DNA of 64,000 nucleotides from Rhodospirillales bacterium (GTDB taxonomy: Bacteria; Pseudomonadota; Alphaproteobacteria; SMXQ01). Within the stretch, counting starts at the first letter, position 1. Every line of letters begins with the position of its first letter. Shown here in pieces: positions 20,944 to 31,994 of this stretch. The translations under genes and the position numbers were made by a program. Under the pieces are notes generated by a model that made no database searches, was not told where the DNA came from, and worked only from the letters and a program-made list of their open reading frames with translations. The stretch covers positions 190,015-254,014 of the forward strand of contig JABIXC010000007.1 of assembly GCA_018666775.1 (NCBI GenBank), written 5' to 3'.

Positions 20944-23900
20944 GTGCATTTTTCGAAACTGACCCTTACTGGCTTCAAGTCTTTCGTGGACCCCACGGAA
21001 TTGCTGATCGAACCCGGCATGACCGGCATTGTTGGTCCCAATGGCTGCGGCAAATCCAATCTGGTCGAAGCCCTGCGTTGGTGCATGGGTGAAATATCTG
21101 CACGCAAACTGCGTGGGGGCGACATGGATGATCTTATCTTTGGTGGCACCACAAACCGGCCTGCGCGCAATCTGGCGGAGGTATCGCTTCTTCTTGATAA
21201 CACCAATCGCACGGCCCCGGCGGCATTCAACGATGCAGAAGAATTGGAAATCGTTCGCCGCATTGAACGCGACTCTGGCTCTCATTATCGCATCAATGGC
21301 AAAGACGTCCGTGCCCGCGATGTCCAGCTTTTGTTTGCCGATGCGGCAACGGGGTCCCGATCAACGGCACTGGTCAGCCAAGGCCAGATAGAAACCCTGA
21401 TTCAGGCAAAGCCCGCAAACCGCCGCAAAATTCTGGAAGAAGCCGCTGGTATCACCGGATTGTATTCGCGACGCCACGAAGCCGAATTACGCCTTAAAGG
21501 TGCAGAGACCAATCTGGAACGCCTCGAAGATGTCATCACCGCACTGGAAACCCAGCTTAACGGCCTGAAACGCCAGGCCCGCCAAGCCACCCGCTATAGC
21601 AACCTGTCTGATCACATTCGCAAAGCCGATGCGGTTGTGTTGTCGCTGCGCATGGATGAAGCCAAAGGCGCATTGGAAGAAAGCACCCGTCGTTTCAATG
21701 ATGCCGGTGAAAAGGTTCAGGAACTGACCCGCGAAGCCGGTGTTGCATCCACGGAACAGGCCGAAATTGCAGCCAAATTGCCCGAATTGCGCCGTATCGA
21801 AGTCGAAGCCGCCGCCGCCCTGCAGCGACTGGTTCTGGCCCGCGATGCCCTTAAAGAAGAAGAAGAACGCATCAACGCCGCCCTGAATGGCGCGCGCGAA
21901 CGGCTGACCCAAAATGCCGCCGACCGCGAACGGGAAACCGTGCGGCTGGAAGATGCCGATGCTGCAAAAACCCGTCTGGATGGTGAACAGAAAACGCTGG
22001 AAACCAAATCCCAAGATGAAAAGGCCGCAGAAGAAGATGCCGAAGCCGCATTGCGGATCGCCCGGGAACAAACGGCAGCGCTGGAAACCCAATTGAGCGA
22101 ACTGGCCGAGCGCGTCGCCGGGGCCGAAGCCCGGACATCCGCCCTTGCCAATCGTCTGATCGGCATTGAAGCACGCAAAACCCGGATCAAGGAACGACTG
22201 GACGAAGCCCGGCGCGTTCTGGAAACCATGGGCCGGGAACAAAACAACCGCGCAGAAATTGAAGCGCTGGAAAAAGCGGTCTCCCAGACAGCCGAAATTG
22301 TAGATGGCCTGCGGTCACGCATTCTCACCACCGAAGAAGATGCCACGAAAGCCCTTGGCCTTGAAGAAACCGCGCGCGCCACGCATGGCCATACAAAAGA
22401 CGCCGAAGGCAAACTGCGCGCCGAAGCATCCGCCCTTGATGATCTGTTAAAGGTGTCCGATTCAGATCTGTGGCCGCCCTTGATTGATGCTGTCACCGTA
22501 GAACCCGGCTTCGAAGCAGCCATCGGTGCGGCCCTTGGGGATGATTTGACCGCCCCCGCAGACGAAGCCGCGCCAGTGCATTGGCGCACCCTTGGGGCGC
22601 TTGAAACCGCACAGCCCTTGCCCGAAAACATCACAGCCCTTGATCAGTTTATTTCCGGATCATCGGCATTGAACCGCAGGCTTTCCCAAATCGGTGTGGT
22701 TGAGGATCAGGCAACCGGCGACCGCCTTGCAAAAATGCTCTCCCCGGGCCAGCGATTGGTTACCCGTGACGGCATGCTGTGGCGTTGGGATGGCTATACC
22801 ATTGTCGACACCGAAGCCTCCGGTTCAGCCAGGCGTTTGGCCCAACGCAACCGACGGACAGAATTAACCGGCGAAATTGAAACCGCTGCCGCTGCCACCA
22901 CCCATGCCCACACCGAATTTGAAGCCGCCACAGTCGCGCGTGCCGATATTCAAGAAGCTGAACGCGCACTCCGGCTGGAAACCCGCGAAGGCGAAGCCGC
23001 CCTTGGAGCCAAGCGTGAAGAACTTTCCCAACTGGTGCGCGCATCATCGGAAGCCAATTCCCAACTTCATGCGGCACAAGAAGCCATCATCGGCCTAGAT
23101 GCGGATATGGAAGAAGCCGAAAGCGAACGGGCCGAGGTTCAAGATTCTCAAGCTGCCCTTTCTGATACAGAACAGCACCGGGCACGTCTGGAAACCTTCC
23201 GCACAGAGCTTGTTGAGATGCGCAACCATCTGGCCGAACGCCAGCGGGCGTACGATCTTTTGTCCCGCGAAGCAGCGGCGCGGCGCCAGCGCATTTCCGA
23301 TATCGCGGAAGAACTGGGATCGTGGGCAGCGCGGGCCAAAACGGCCCACGAGCATCAATCTGAACTGGAAACCCGCAAACAGGCCATCGAAGAGGAAATT
23401 CGCGGCCTTTCTGCAAGACCCGAAGAAATTATGGTTGAACGCATGGGGCTTGGCGATCAGGTGGATGCGGCAGAAGCCAAACGCACCGCCGATGCCGATG
23501 CGCTGGCGGTGGTGGAAAATGCCCTACGCGCGGCGGATGAAAAATTACGCAATTGTGAAGCCGCCCTTGCATCGGCCCGCGAAGACCGGGTCCGTGCCGA
23601 AGGATTGGTGGAACAGACCACCCAGGCCATTGAAACCCTGACGGAACGGATTACCGAACGTCTGGAAGCAACACCCGATCAATTGGCCGAGATTTCCGGC
23701 ATTGATCCAGAAAACCCGCCTGAAATTGAAGCGGCAGAAAAGCGTCTGGAACGATTGATCCGCGAACGCGACAACATGGGACCGGTCAACCTTCGTGCCC
23801 AACAAGAAGCCGAAGAACTGGGCGAACAAATCACTTCTATGGAAAGTGAACGCGATGACCTAACCAAGGCCATTGCCCGCCTGCGCCATGGTATTTCTGA

Positions 23901-24402
23901 ACTGAACCGAGAAGGCCGGGCACGTTTCCTGGATGCCTTCCATAAGGTCAACGCCCATTTCGAAGAACTGTTTGTTCGGTTGTTTGGCGGGGGCCAAGCC
24001 CACCTGGAACTGACCGAATCCGAAGACCCATTGGAAGCCGGCCTTGAAATTATGGCCAGCCCGCCGGGCAAAAAGTTGCAAATCCTGTCACTGCTGTCTG
24101 GCGGTGAAAAGGCGCTGACCACCATTGCGCTCTTGTTTGCGGTGTTTTTGACCAACCCAGCACCCATCTGTGTGCTGGACGAAGTGGACGCCCCGCTTGA
24201 TGACACCAATGTCACCCGTTTTTGTACGCTGGTAGAAGAACTGGCCGCTGCCGGGGATACCCGCTTTTTGCTGGTCACCCATCATCGGATCACCATGGCC
24301 CACATGAACCGATTGTATGGCGTTACCATGCATGAACGGGGGGTTTCGCGGCTGGTTTCTGTCGATCTTCAAGGTGTTGCACAGCTCAAGGCAATTGCCT
24401 GA
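20944..24402 (+). CDS. smc: Chromosome segregation protein SMC
   Basis: Walker A GPNGCGKSN, long coiled coils with hinge, LSGGEKALT, Walker B LDEVDAPLD, VTHH. Confidence 0.97.
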   Translation: MHFSKLTLTGFKSFVDPTELLIEPGMTGIVGPNGCGKSNLVEALRWCMGEISARKLRGGDMDDLIFGGTTNRPARNLAEVSLLLDNTNRTAPAAFNDAEELEIVRRIERDSGSHYRINGKDVRARDVQLLFADAATGSRSTALVSQGQIETLIQAKPANRRKILEEAAGITGLYSRRHEAELRLKGAETNLERLEDVITALETQLNGLKRQARQATRYSNLSDHIRKADAVVLSLRMDEAKGALEESTRRFNDAGEKVQELTREAGVASTEQAEIAAKLPELRRIEVEAAAALQRLVLARDALKEEEERINAALNGARERLTQNAADRERETVRLEDADAAKTRLDGEQKTLETKSQDEKAAEEDAEAALRIAREQTAALETQLSELAERVAGAEARTSALANRLIGIEARKTRIKERLDEARRVLETMGREQNNRAEIEALEKAVSQTAEIVDGLRSRILTTEEDATKALGLEETARATHGHTKDAEGKLRAEASALDDLLKVSDSDLWPPLIDAVTVEPGFEAAIGAALGDDLTAPADEAAPVHWRTLGALETAQPLPENITALDQFISGSSALNRRLSQIGVVEDQATGDRLAKMLSPGQRLVTRDGMLWRWDGYTIVDTEASGSARRLAQRNRRTELTGEIETAAAATTHAHTEFEAATVARADIQEAERALRLETREGEAALGAKREELSQLVRASSEANSQLHAAQEAIIGLDADMEEAESERAEVQDSQAALSDTEQHRARLETFRTELVEMRNHLAERQRAYDLLSREAAARRQRISDIAEELGSWAARAKTAHEHQSELETRKQAIEEEIRGLSARPEEIMVERMGLGDQVDAAEAKRTADADALAVVENALRAADEKLRNCEAALASAREDRVRAEGLVEQTTQAIETLTERITERLEATPDQLAEISGIDPENPPEIEAAEKRLERLIRERDNMGPVNLRAQQEAEELGEQITSMESERDDLTKAIARLRHGISELNREGRARFLDAFHKVNAHFEELFVRLFGGGQAHLELTESEDPLEAGLEIMASPPGKKLQILSLLSGGEKALTTIALLFAVFLTNPAPICVLDEVDAPLDDTNVTRFCTLVEELAAAGDTRFLLVTHHRITMAHMNRLYGVTMHERGVSRLVSVDLQGVAQLKAIA

Positions 24403-24516
24403 TCCGGGTCTGATTCGGGGCCTGTATTTTTTGCATTAATCTCATCGGTGAAAATCTCTATTTTTATCCCCGTTTTCCGCCATTTTTCAGGCGTTTTCTT
24501 GACCCCCAGAGTGTCC

Positions 24517-24545
24517 TTGACAGCCCAAGGGTGAGACCCTAAAGT
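24517..24545 (+). promoter_or_regulatory. Putative sigma70 promoter of the F0 atp operon
   Basis: TTGACA (24517-24522)-N17-TAAAGT (24540-24545), ~105 bp upstream of atpI. Confidence 0.6.
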
Positions 24546-24650
24546 GCCCGCGATTTCGCCGGGCGGCGTTGATATCAGGCGCTTTCGGGCGCTGTGATTA
24601 AAGTGCCTACCCAAATCCCTGAAATCAGGCCCTGAAAGGTCGGGATTAGC

Positions 24651-24995
24651 ATGCGAAACCAAGACCCTTCGGGGGGCGTGCCCCTGAAGACACGGCTTAG
24701 CCAAGCGCGATCGCGGCAACGCGAACACGATGATGGCCCTTCAGGCAGGGTCAATTTTGGTGGCGCCGCTGTCGTACTTCGGACAGGCATTGAACTGGCC
24801 GGAACAATGGTGGTCGGGGTTGGTATTGGCTGGTCGTTAGACCGTTGGCTGGAAACAACACCATGGTTTTTGGTTTTGTTTTTCTTCATGGGCGGTGCGG
24901 CAGGCGTTTTAAACGTCTATCGCGCAGTAAGAAATTTAGGTCTCGCCGTTGGTTATAATGGCGGGGAAAATAAAAACACTCCGGACGATCAGTAA
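24651..24995 (+). CDS. atpI: AtpZ/AtpI-family ATP synthase protein I
   Basis: GIELAGTMVVGVGIGWSLDRWL.T.PWFLVLFFFMGGAAG; first gene of F0 operon. Confidence 0.88.
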   Translation: MRNQDPSGGVPLKTRLSQARSRQREHDDGPSGRVNFGGAAVVLRTGIELAGTMVVGVGIGWSLDRWLETTPWFLVLFFFMGGAAGVLNVYRAVRNLGLAVGYNGGENKNTPDDQ

Positions 24996-25029
24996 TCGTC
25001 TGACACGCACTTAAGCACTTTGCTTATCA

Positions 25030-25776
25030 GTGCAGAACATCAAGGATCAAGGCGTGGCATCGCCCCTTCAACAGTTTGAGATTAAACCCCTGGCCCGCCT
25101 CGAAGTGGGTGGCATGGATGTTTCATTTACCAATTCATCGCTGTTCATGATGATCGTGATCATGGCTGTGACCTTGTTCATGGTTTTGGGCATGCGCAAA
25201 CGCGCCATGGTGCCCGGCCGGTGGCAGTCTACGGTGGAATTGTTCTATGAATTTATCGCAGGCCTTGTCCGCGATAATGTCGGCTCCGCTGGCAGGCCTT
25301 ATTTCCCGTTCATATTCTCACTGTTCATGTTCATTCTGTTCGCCAATTGCATTGGCCTTGTGCCCTATGCCTTCACGGTAACCAGCCACATCATCGTCAC
25401 GTTTGCGCTTGCCGCCGTGGTGTTTGTTGGCGTTACCATTATTGCCATTGCTAGGCACGGCATGAAATTCTTTAGCTACTTCCTGCCCCCAGGCGTGCCG
25501 CTTTACATGGCACCTTTGTTGATCCCCATCGAAGTTCTCAGCTATTTGGCCCGTCCTGTGACGTTGAGCCTCCGGCTGTTTGCCAACATGATGGCAGGCC
25601 ACACCATGCTTAAGGTGTTCGCAGGATTTGTGATCGCCCTTGGGATCGCAGGGGTTGCACCCTTGACGGTATTGGTCGGGCTTTACATGCTTGAATTGAT
25701 CGTTGCCGTCCTCCAAGCCTTTGTTTTTACTATCCTAACTTGTCTTTATCTTCACGATGCGATTCACCTCCACTAG
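25030..25776 (+). CDS. atpB: ATP synthase F0 subunit a
   Basis: RPVTLSLRLFANMMAGH, ELIVAVLQAFVFTILTCLYL. Confidence 0.97.
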   Translation: MQNIKDQGVASPLQQFEIKPLARLEVGGMDVSFTNSSLFMMIVIMAVTLFMVLGMRKRAMVPGRWQSTVELFYEFIAGLVRDNVGSAGRPYFPFIFSLFMFILFANCIGLVPYAFTVTSHIIVTFALAAVVFVGVTIIAIARHGMKFFSYFLPPGVPLYMAPLLIPIEVLSYLARPVTLSLRLFANMMAGHTMLKVFAGFVIALGIAGVAPLTVLVGLYMLELIVAVLQAFVFTILTCLYLHDAIHLH

Positions 25777-25813
25777 GGGTGGGTCATGATTTGCAAACGA
25801 AAGGGAATATAAA

Positions 25814-26038
25814 ATGTCTGTAGAAGCCGCAAAATTGATCGGTGCTGGTCTTGCCACAATCGGCCTTGCCGGTGTTGGCATTGGTATTGGTAACGTCTTT
25901 TCTGCCTTTATCACGTCAGTCGCTCGTAACCCCTCTGCACAAGCAACGGTTTTCCCGTTCACGATGCTGGGCTTTGCGCTGGTTGAAGCCATCGCATTGT
26001 TTGCGCTGCTGATCGCCTTCTTGATTCTGTTCGGTTAA
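25814..26038 (+). CDS. atpE: ATP synthase F0 subunit c
   Basis: [19 protein letters not shown] loop, [10 protein letters not shown]. Confidence 0.97.
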   Translation: MSVEAAKLIGAGLATIGLAGVGIGIGNVFSAFITSVARNPSAQATVFPFTMLGFALVEAIALFALLIAFLILFG

Positions 26039-26074
26039 GCCTGAACCCTTCAAGACCAAACGGAAGCGCGTATT

Positions 26075-26563
26075 ATGCCCCAACTTGACGTTGCCAGTTA
26101 TCTGCCCCAGTTCGTATGGCTGGTGATTGCCTTCATCACGCTTTATTTCCTGATGTCACGGATGGCTTTGCCACGCGTTGGCGATGTTCTGGAAGAACGT
26201 GGAAAGCGCCGGGAAAAAGATCTTTCCCGCGCCGAAGAACTGCAAGCTGAGGCCGAAGCCGCCGAACAGGCTTATGATGCAACCCTGGCCAAAGCCCGCG
26301 CATCTGCCCATGACAAGGTGACAGCCGATCTGGCCGCTGCCCATGACCGCACGGAAGCGGCCATTCATGATCTCGACCAGAAATTGGCCGAAAAAGTGGG
26401 CAAGGCCGAAAAAGAAATCGGCGCTGCACGCGAAACCGCCATGGCTTCGGCCACCGACATTGCAGCAGAAGCTGCACAATTGGCGGCGGAAAAGCTGGCT
26501 GGCTTAAAAGTCGATGATGCATCCGCCAAAGCCGCAGCAGTTGCTGCATCGGGGGCACGGTAA
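26075..26563 (+). CDS. ATP synthase F0 subunit b'
   Basis: MPQLD...QFVWLVIAFITLYFLMSR..LPRV; Ala-rich coiled coil; position after atpE. Confidence 0.93.
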   Translation: MPQLDVASYLPQFVWLVIAFITLYFLMSRMALPRVGDVLEERGKRREKDLSRAEELQAEAEAAEQAYDATLAKARASAHDKVTADLAAAHDRTEAAIHDLDQKLAEKVGKAEKEIGAARETAMASATDIAAEAAQLAAEKLAGLKVDDASAKAAAVAASGAR

Positions 26564-27099
26564 TGTTTATCTCTAATGCATACGCTGCAACCACCCACGC
26601 ACCCGGTGAGCTGGCATTTTACGAACATCCAGAAATTTGGCTGTTGGTATCGTTTGTGATCTTCATTGCGTTGATCTCAAAGCCTGCATGGAAACAAATC
26701 TCTGCCGGTCTTGATGCACGGTCCGATGCCATTAAGGCTGAACTTGATGAAGCAAGACTTCTTCGTGAAGAAGCCCAAACCGCATTGGCCAATTTCCAGC
26801 GCAAAAGCCGCGATGCCGCCAAAGAAGCCAAACGCATTCTGGCCCATGCCGAAGACGAAGCCAAACGCATCACCACCGAAGCCGAAGTGGCATTGGCAGA
26901 AACCCTGAAGCGCCACGAAGCGCTGGCCCAGGACCGCATCGAACAATCCCAGGCACGCGCCATCGAAGAAGTCCGCGCCGAAGCCATCGAAGTCGCCCTT
27001 GCCGCCACCGCGCGCATCCTTCGCGAAAATCTGGATGAGCAAAAATCCGACGCGCTCATCGATGCCGCCGTACAGGAATTGCCCTCCAAATTTCAGTAA
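26563..27099 (+). CDS. atpF: ATP synthase F0 subunit b
   Basis: PEIWLLVSFVIFI TM, LDARSDAIKAELDEARLLREEA coiled coil; overlaps b' stop. Confidence 0.93.
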   Translation: MFISNAYAATTHAPGELAFYEHPEIWLLVSFVIFIALISKPAWKQISAGLDARSDAIKAELDEARLLREEAQTALANFQRKSRDAAKEAKRILAHAEDEAKRITTEAEVALAETLKRHEALAQDRIEQSQARAIEEVRAEAIEVALAATARILRENLDEQKSDALIDAAVQELPSKFQ

Positions 27100-27110
27100 T
27101 CCCTAAACAC

Positions 27111-27158
27111 CACCCAAACAAAAACCCCGGCTAATTGACCGGGGTTTTTGTTTGGGTG
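27111..27158. terminator. Bidirectional intrinsic terminator between convergent atpF and gcvPB
   Basis: Perfect 20-bp inverted repeat CACCCAAACAAAAACCCCGG-(CTAATTGA)-CCGGGGTTTTTGTTTGGGTG giving U-tracts on both strands. Confidence 0.9.
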
Positions 27159-27175
27159 TGTTATTTCAACGTGAC

Positions 27176-28750
27176 CTATTCCCCATCCGGTTTCCACCGC
27201 AGGACCGGTTGCCTTGCAGCCCGGGTTTCGTCGAGGCGGCCGCGGGGGGCGTGGTGGGGGGCGGTGTGGAAGGCATCGCTGCCACCGGCAATCAGGCGTT
27301 CTTTCAGGCCCACCACGGCCTCGATAAAGCGGTCCAGTTCGGCCTTTGGTTCGGTTTCGGTCGGTTCCAGCAGCATGGCGCCGTGGACCACCAGCGGGAA
27401 ATAGATGGTGGTGGGATGAAAGCCTTCATCGATCAATGCCTTGGCGAAATCAAGGGTGGTGATGTCGAATTCCCGAAGGGCACTGTCATCGAACAGGCAT
27501 TCATGCATGCACGGGCCGTCATAGGCCGGGCTTAAGGTATCGGCCAATGCAGCCTGCAGGTAATTGGCTGACAACACGGCGTCTTCGCAAACCTGCTTCA
27601 ACCCATCGCCGCCATGGGACAGCATGTAGGTATAGGCGCGGACAAACATGCCCATCTGGCCATGAAAGGCTTTCAGGCGACCAATGCTGGCCGATGCATC
27701 ACCGTTTGCTTCTTCGTGGAGCGTAAAGCCATCGTCTGTTGCGATCAGCCATGGCACGGGAGCATAGGGGGCAAGGGCGTCCACCATCACCACCGGGCCA
27801 CTGCCCGGACCGCCGCCGCCATGGGGGGTCGAGAATGTTTTATGCAGGTTTAAATGCATGACATCAATGCCAAGGTCTGCGGGTTTTACCCGGCCAACAA
27901 TGGCGTTGAAATTGGCCCCGTCACAATAGAAATAGGCCCCAACATCATGGACCGCATCGGCAATGGCGATAATTTCATCTTCGAACAGGCCACAGGTGTT
28001 GGGATTGGTGATCATGATGGCAGCAACATCTGGGCCTAGTTTGGCCTTCAGGGCATCTAAATCCACACGACCCCGCGCATTGGCAGGGATGGGATCAACC
28101 GTATAGCCACACGCCGCCGCCGTTGCCGGATTGGTGCCATGCGCCGATTCTGGCACCAGAACACGGCGTCTGGGCGTATCGCCTGCTTTTTCTGCCGCAT
28201 CGTGGGCTGCCCTGATCACCATCATGCCGCAAAGTTCACCATGGGCACCCGCCGCCGGGGACAGGGCAATGGCATCCATCCCGGTAAGCACGCGAAGCCA
28301 ATGGCTTACCCCCGCCATCAATTCAAGGGCACCTTGAACTGTGTTCATGGGCTGCAAGGGATGCAGATCAGCAAAGCCCGGCAATCTGGCCATGCGTTCA
28401 TTCAAACGCGGGTTGTGCTTCATGGTGCACGACCCAAGGGGGAACATCCCCCCATCGATGGCATAATTCTTTTGTGACAACCGCGTGAAATGGCGCACCA
28501 CTTCGGGTTCGGATAATCCCGGCAAACCGATTGTCCCGGCGCGTTCAAGCCCGCCCAGATGGGAAGTGTGCGTTTCAGCTTCACCCAAATCAACGCCGGT
28601 GCGAGCCGGACTGCCTTGTTCAAACAACAAGGGTTCTTCGATCAATAACGCGCGGTTGCCCGACACGGTATCCGGTGCGCCGGGCCCGGAAACACCAGTT
28701 GCGCCACCACTGGCGCGCCTGGCACCGCGATTTTGTTCAGACGTGCTCAT
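27176..28750 (-). CDS. gcvPB: Glycine dehydrogenase (decarboxylating) subunit 2
   Basis: [25 protein letters not shown] lysine [24 protein letters not shown]. Confidence 0.96.
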   Translation of the reverse strand: MSTSEQNRGARRASGGATGVSGPGAPDTVSGNRALLIEEPLLFEQGSPARTGVDLGEAETHTSHLGGLERAGTIGLPGLSEPEVVRHFTRLSQKNYAIDGGMFPLGSCTMKHNPRLNERMARLPGFADLHPLQPMNTVQGALELMAGVSHWLRVLTGMDAIALSPAAGAHGELCGMMVIRAAHDAAEKAGDTPRRRVLVPESAHGTNPATAAACGYTVDPIPANARGRVDLDALKAKLGPDVAAIMITNPNTCGLFEDEIIAIADAVHDVGAYFYCDGANFNAIVGRVKPADLGIDVMHLNLHKTFSTPHGGGGPGSGPVVMVDALAPYAPVPWLIATDDGFTLHEEANGDASASIGRLKAFHGQMGMFVRAYTYMLSHGGDGLKQVCEDAVLSANYLQAALADTLSPAYDGPCMHECLFDDSALREFDITTLDFAKALIDEGFHPTTIYFPLVVHGAMLLEPTETEPKAELDRFIEAVVGLKERLIAGGSDAFHTAPHHAPRGRLDETRAARQPVLRWKPDGE

Positions 28751-30105
28751 GACAACACCCCCTTAAGACCGGCGCTTAAAGCGGCGATATCTTCATCGCG
28801 GGTGGTTTCAGTGGCGGCCAGAATTAAAACATCATCCAGGCCATCCGCGCCCGGCCATAGTCTGGTGGCGGGGACGCCTGCCAGAATGCCGTCTTTCGAA
28901 AGGGTGTCTGTGATGGCCGTGGCATTGCCCTTCAGGCGCACGCTGATTTCGTTGAAAAAGGTTTTGTTTAAAACCTCAACGCCCTTGATGGATGAAAGCT
29001 GTTCCTTCAGCGCAACGGTCCGGGCATGGTTGATTTGGGCCAATTGCCGGAACCCGGCTTCGCCCAACAGCGCCATATGGATGGTGAACGCCAGCGCACA
29101 AAGGCCGGAATTCGTACAAATATTGGAGGTCGCCTTTTCCCGGCGGATATGTTGTTCCCGGGTGGACAGGGTCAGAACCCAGCCCCTGCGACCAGAACTG
29201 TCGGTGGTTTCCCCCGAAATGCGGCCGGGCATTTGACGCACAAATTTTTCTTTGGTGGCAAACAGGCCAAGATACGGCCCGCCAAAATTAAGCCCATTGC
29301 CGATGGATTGGCCTTCACCCACAACGATGTCGGCCCCCATGGCACCGGGCGGGGTGACCGCGCCCAAAGAAACCGGTTCTGCCACACCCACAATCAACAA
29401 CGCGCCCTTTTCGGTGCATACAGCGGATAATTTTGATAAATCCCGCAAATGCCCAAAGGCATCGGGGTTTTGAACCACCACACAGGCGGTGTCGCCATCA
29501 AGGGTGGCCTCAACCGATTTAAGGTCTTCATCGCCTTTGACATCAGGGCTGCCCACCACCAGATCAACATCGCCATAGCGCCCCATGGCGGCAATGGTAT
29601 CGGCCCAATGGGGATGTAAATTGCCAGCCAGCACCACGCGGGACCGGCGCGTGATACGCCGCGCCATCAACACGGCCTCACCCGCTGCCGATGCCCCGTC
29701 ATAGAGCGATGCATTGGCAATTTCCATGCCCGTAATCAACGCAACCTGGGTCTGGAATTCGAATAAATACTGCAAAGTGCCTTGGCTGATTTCTGGCTGG
29801 TATGGCGTGTAGGATGTTAAAAATTCACCCCGCTGGATCAGGTGATCCACCGCTGCGGGCACATGATGGCGATAGGCACCAGAGCCCAGAAAAAACGGGG
29901 CGCTGCCGGCGGGCGTATTTTTCCCAGCCATTTCCCCCAGTGTGCGTTCCACCGCCATTTCCCCCTGATGGGCAGGCAGGTCAAAACCATTGGGTTGGCG
30001 TGCTGCCTTTGGCACATCCACAAAAAGATCATCGACGCTTTTGGCGCCAATAACCCCCAGCATTTCGGATCGATCCTGATCGGTCAGCGGCAGGTAACGC
30101 ATCAA
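28747..30105 (-). CDS. gcvPA: Glycine dehydrogenase (decarboxylating) subunit 1
   Basis: [46 protein letters not shown]. Confidence 0.96.
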   Translation of the reverse strand: MMRYLPLTDQDRSEMLGVIGAKSVDDLFVDVPKAARQPNGFDLPAHQGEMAVERTLGEMAGKNTPAGSAPFFLGSGAYRHHVPAAVDHLIQRGEFLTSYTPYQPEISQGTLQYLFEFQTQVALITGMEIANASLYDGASAAGEAVLMARRITRRSRVVLAGNLHPHWADTIAAMGRYGDVDLVVGSPDVKGDEDLKSVEATLDGDTACVVVQNPDAFGHLRDLSKLSAVCTEKGALLIVGVAEPVSLGAVTPPGAMGADIVVGEGQSIGNGLNFGGPYLGLFATKEKFVRQMPGRISGETTDSSGRRGWVLTLSTREQHIRREKATSNICTNSGLCALAFTIHMALLGEAGFRQLAQINHARTVALKEQLSSIKGVEVLNKTFFNEISVRLKGNATAITDTLSKDGILAGVPATRLWPGADGLDDVLILAATETTRDEDIAALSAGLKGVLS

Positions 30106-30479
30106 TCAATGCCTTCCAGATAGGCTTTGTAAGCAGCCGGGTCCATCAAGCCACTGATCGCACCCGCATCAACACCTGAAAGTTTGACAAACCAGCCATC
30201 GCCTTCGCCATCTTCGTTGACCTTTTCCGGCGTGGCGTTCAGGGCGTCATTCACCTCAGCCACAGTGCCATCAACCGGGGCATAGACCTCGCTTGCGGCC
30301 TTGACCGATTCAACAACAGCCATTTGATCGCCAGCGACGAATGCTTTGCCAACATCTGGCAATTCCACATAGACCACATCGCCCAATTGTTCCTGGGCAT
30401 AGACGCTGATGCCGACGGTGGCAATGCCGTCTTCGACCTCAATCCATTCATGTTCATTGGTAAATCGTTTTTCAGCCAT
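30102..30479 (-). CDS. gcvH: Glycine cleavage system H protein
   Basis: HEWI, lipoyl motif [14 protein letters not shown]. Confidence 0.97.
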   Translation of the reverse strand: MAEKRFTNEHEWIEVEDGIATVGISVYAQEQLGDVVYVELPDVGKAFVAGDQMAVVESVKAASEVYAPVDGTVAEVNDALNATPEKVNEDGEGDGWFVKLSGVDAGAISGLMDPAAYKAYLEGID

Positions 30480-30492
30480 TTTATTCTCCCGA

Positions 30493-31620
30493 TCAGGCTT
30501 TGAAATAATGATGTTCTACAAAAGGCAGTGCTACCACACGGGCAGCCACGTCCCGACCCCGAACCCGCAGCAACAATGGCGTGTCTTGGGCTGTAAATTC
30601 GGCTTCGACGTATCCCATGGCAATAGGCCCGCCAAGTGTTGGCCCAAACCCACCCGATGTGATGGTCCCGATGACGCGCCCATCGGTAGCGACGATTTCT
30701 GTGCCGTCGCGCGCCGGGGCGCGGCCATCTGGCAGGATGCCCACACGCTTGCGGGCGGGGCCATGTTCAAGTTCTTTGCCAATGCGGTCAAAGCCTGGAA
30801 AGCCGCCTGCACTGCGGCGGCGCTTGCTGATGGTCCAGTTCAGACCCGCTTCAATGGGGCTGGTGTCCAGATCAATGTCATGGCCATACAGGCAAAGTCC
30901 CGCTTCAAGACGCAGGGTATCACGCGCCCCCAAACCAATGGGCGCTGTTTCAGGGGATTTCAAAAGGCGCTTTGCAAAGGCTTCGGCAATTGAGTTGGGG
31001 ACAGAAATTTCAAACCCGTCTTCGCCGGTGTAGCCAGACCGGGAAACATAACAATCGCCACCACACACCTCTACCCGTTGGGCGGTCATGAATTTCATGG
31101 ATCCGACACCGGGAATAAATTGAGCCAGAACATCCACCGCACGGGGGCCCTGAAGGGCCAGCAACGCGCGATCTTCCATCAAAGTGATGGTCGCATCCCC
31201 GCTCAGATGTTTTGTGATATGGGCCATGTCTGTGTGCTTGCACCCGGCATTCAGAACCAAAAGATAGCCATCATCCATTTTCGTCACCATCAGATCATCG
31301 ATGATGGTGCCCTGATCATTGGTCAACATGGTGTAGCGCATGCGTGATGGTTTTAAAATTTCAATGTCACCCGGCACCAGAGATTCCAGAACCCTGACCG
31401 CATCTTTGCCCGCAAGCATCGCCTGGCCCATGTGTGACACGTCAAACAGCCCGGCGTAGGTGCGGGTGTGAAGGTGTTCTTTCATAATCCCCATGGGGTA
31501 TTGCACGGGCATTTCATAGCCCGCGAACGGCACCATTTTGGCACCCAGTTCAACATGCAGATCATAAAGGCAGGTTCTGGAAAGGGCAGTTTCGGCGCCC
31601 ACAGCCACGTCATTCGACAC
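30493..31620 (-). CDS. gcvT: Glycine cleavage system T protein (GTG start)
   Basis: GLFDVSHMGQ, RSGYTGEDGFEI, GLGARDTLRLEAGLCLYG. Confidence 0.97.
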   Translation of the reverse strand: MSNDVAVGAETALSRTCLYDLHVELGAKMVPFAGYEMPVQYPMGIMKEHLHTRTYAGLFDVSHMGQAMLAGKDAVRVLESLVPGDIEILKPSRMRYTMLTNDQGTIIDDLMVTKMDDGYLLVLNAGCKHTDMAHITKHLSGDATITLMEDRALLALQGPRAVDVLAQFIPGVGSMKFMTAQRVEVCGGDCYVSRSGYTGEDGFEISVPNSIAEAFAKRLLKSPETAPIGLGARDTLRLEAGLCLYGHDIDLDTSPIEAGLNWTISKRRRSAGGFPGFDRIGKELEHGPARKRVGILPDGRAPARDGTEIVATDGRVIGTITSGGFGPTLGGPIAMGYVEAEFTAQDTPLLLRVRGRDVAARVVALPFVEHHYFKA

Positions 31621-31704
31621 CTAAATCTCCCATCCAAAGGTTGCGCGCAGTCTACAGCCAAGCCCATCGGGAACCACTTTCCCCAAGGCCCGTCCGCCCA
31701 CTGC

Positions 31705-31895
31705 CCCCTCTGTCTTGGAACCTGAAAGATTCACCGCAAAATTCGGCTTACATCTTCGGTGAGACAACGGTTGCGTTGCCTGCTTTCCAGAGTGTCACAT
31801 CCCTGCGGTCCATTTGCCTGAGAGTTTCCGAGGCTGTTGCTCCTTCGGCGCCGGCCTTTGACCTTTCGGCCCAAACCGGTCTCTCCCACAGGGAT
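31705..31895 (-). ncRNA. Tandem (two-aptamer) glycine riboswitch upstream of gcvT
   Basis: Aptamer 1 (31893..31801) GGGAGAGA...CGCCGAAGGAGCAA...GGAAACTCTCAGGCAAATGGACCGC; aptamer 2 (31792..31708) CTCTGGAAAG...CACCGAAGATGTAA...AATCTTTCAGGTTCCAAGACAGAG. Confidence 0.93.
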
Positions 31896-31994
31896 CATTT
31901 GACGATTCTAAACAATACGGGGCATCTTACCCGCCCGCCCGCTCGGGTCAACCACGGCGGACAAGTTATCCACAAGGAATCATGGCTGTATTCT

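Noticed and set aside
20260-23641. Long antisense/alternate-frame ORFs over dsbA and smc (e.g. 20260-21285, 21717-22634) and similar ones over coxA, gcv and pmbA
   Set aside because: Typical shadows of GC-biased coding sequence; no motifs, and they fully overlap well-supported genes.
24651-27099. Na+-coupled ATP synthase (given the sodium channel), or missing F1 genes
   Set aside because: The c subunit lacks the Gln/Glu-Ser Na+-binding signature; split F0/F1 operons are normal in alphaproteobacteria.
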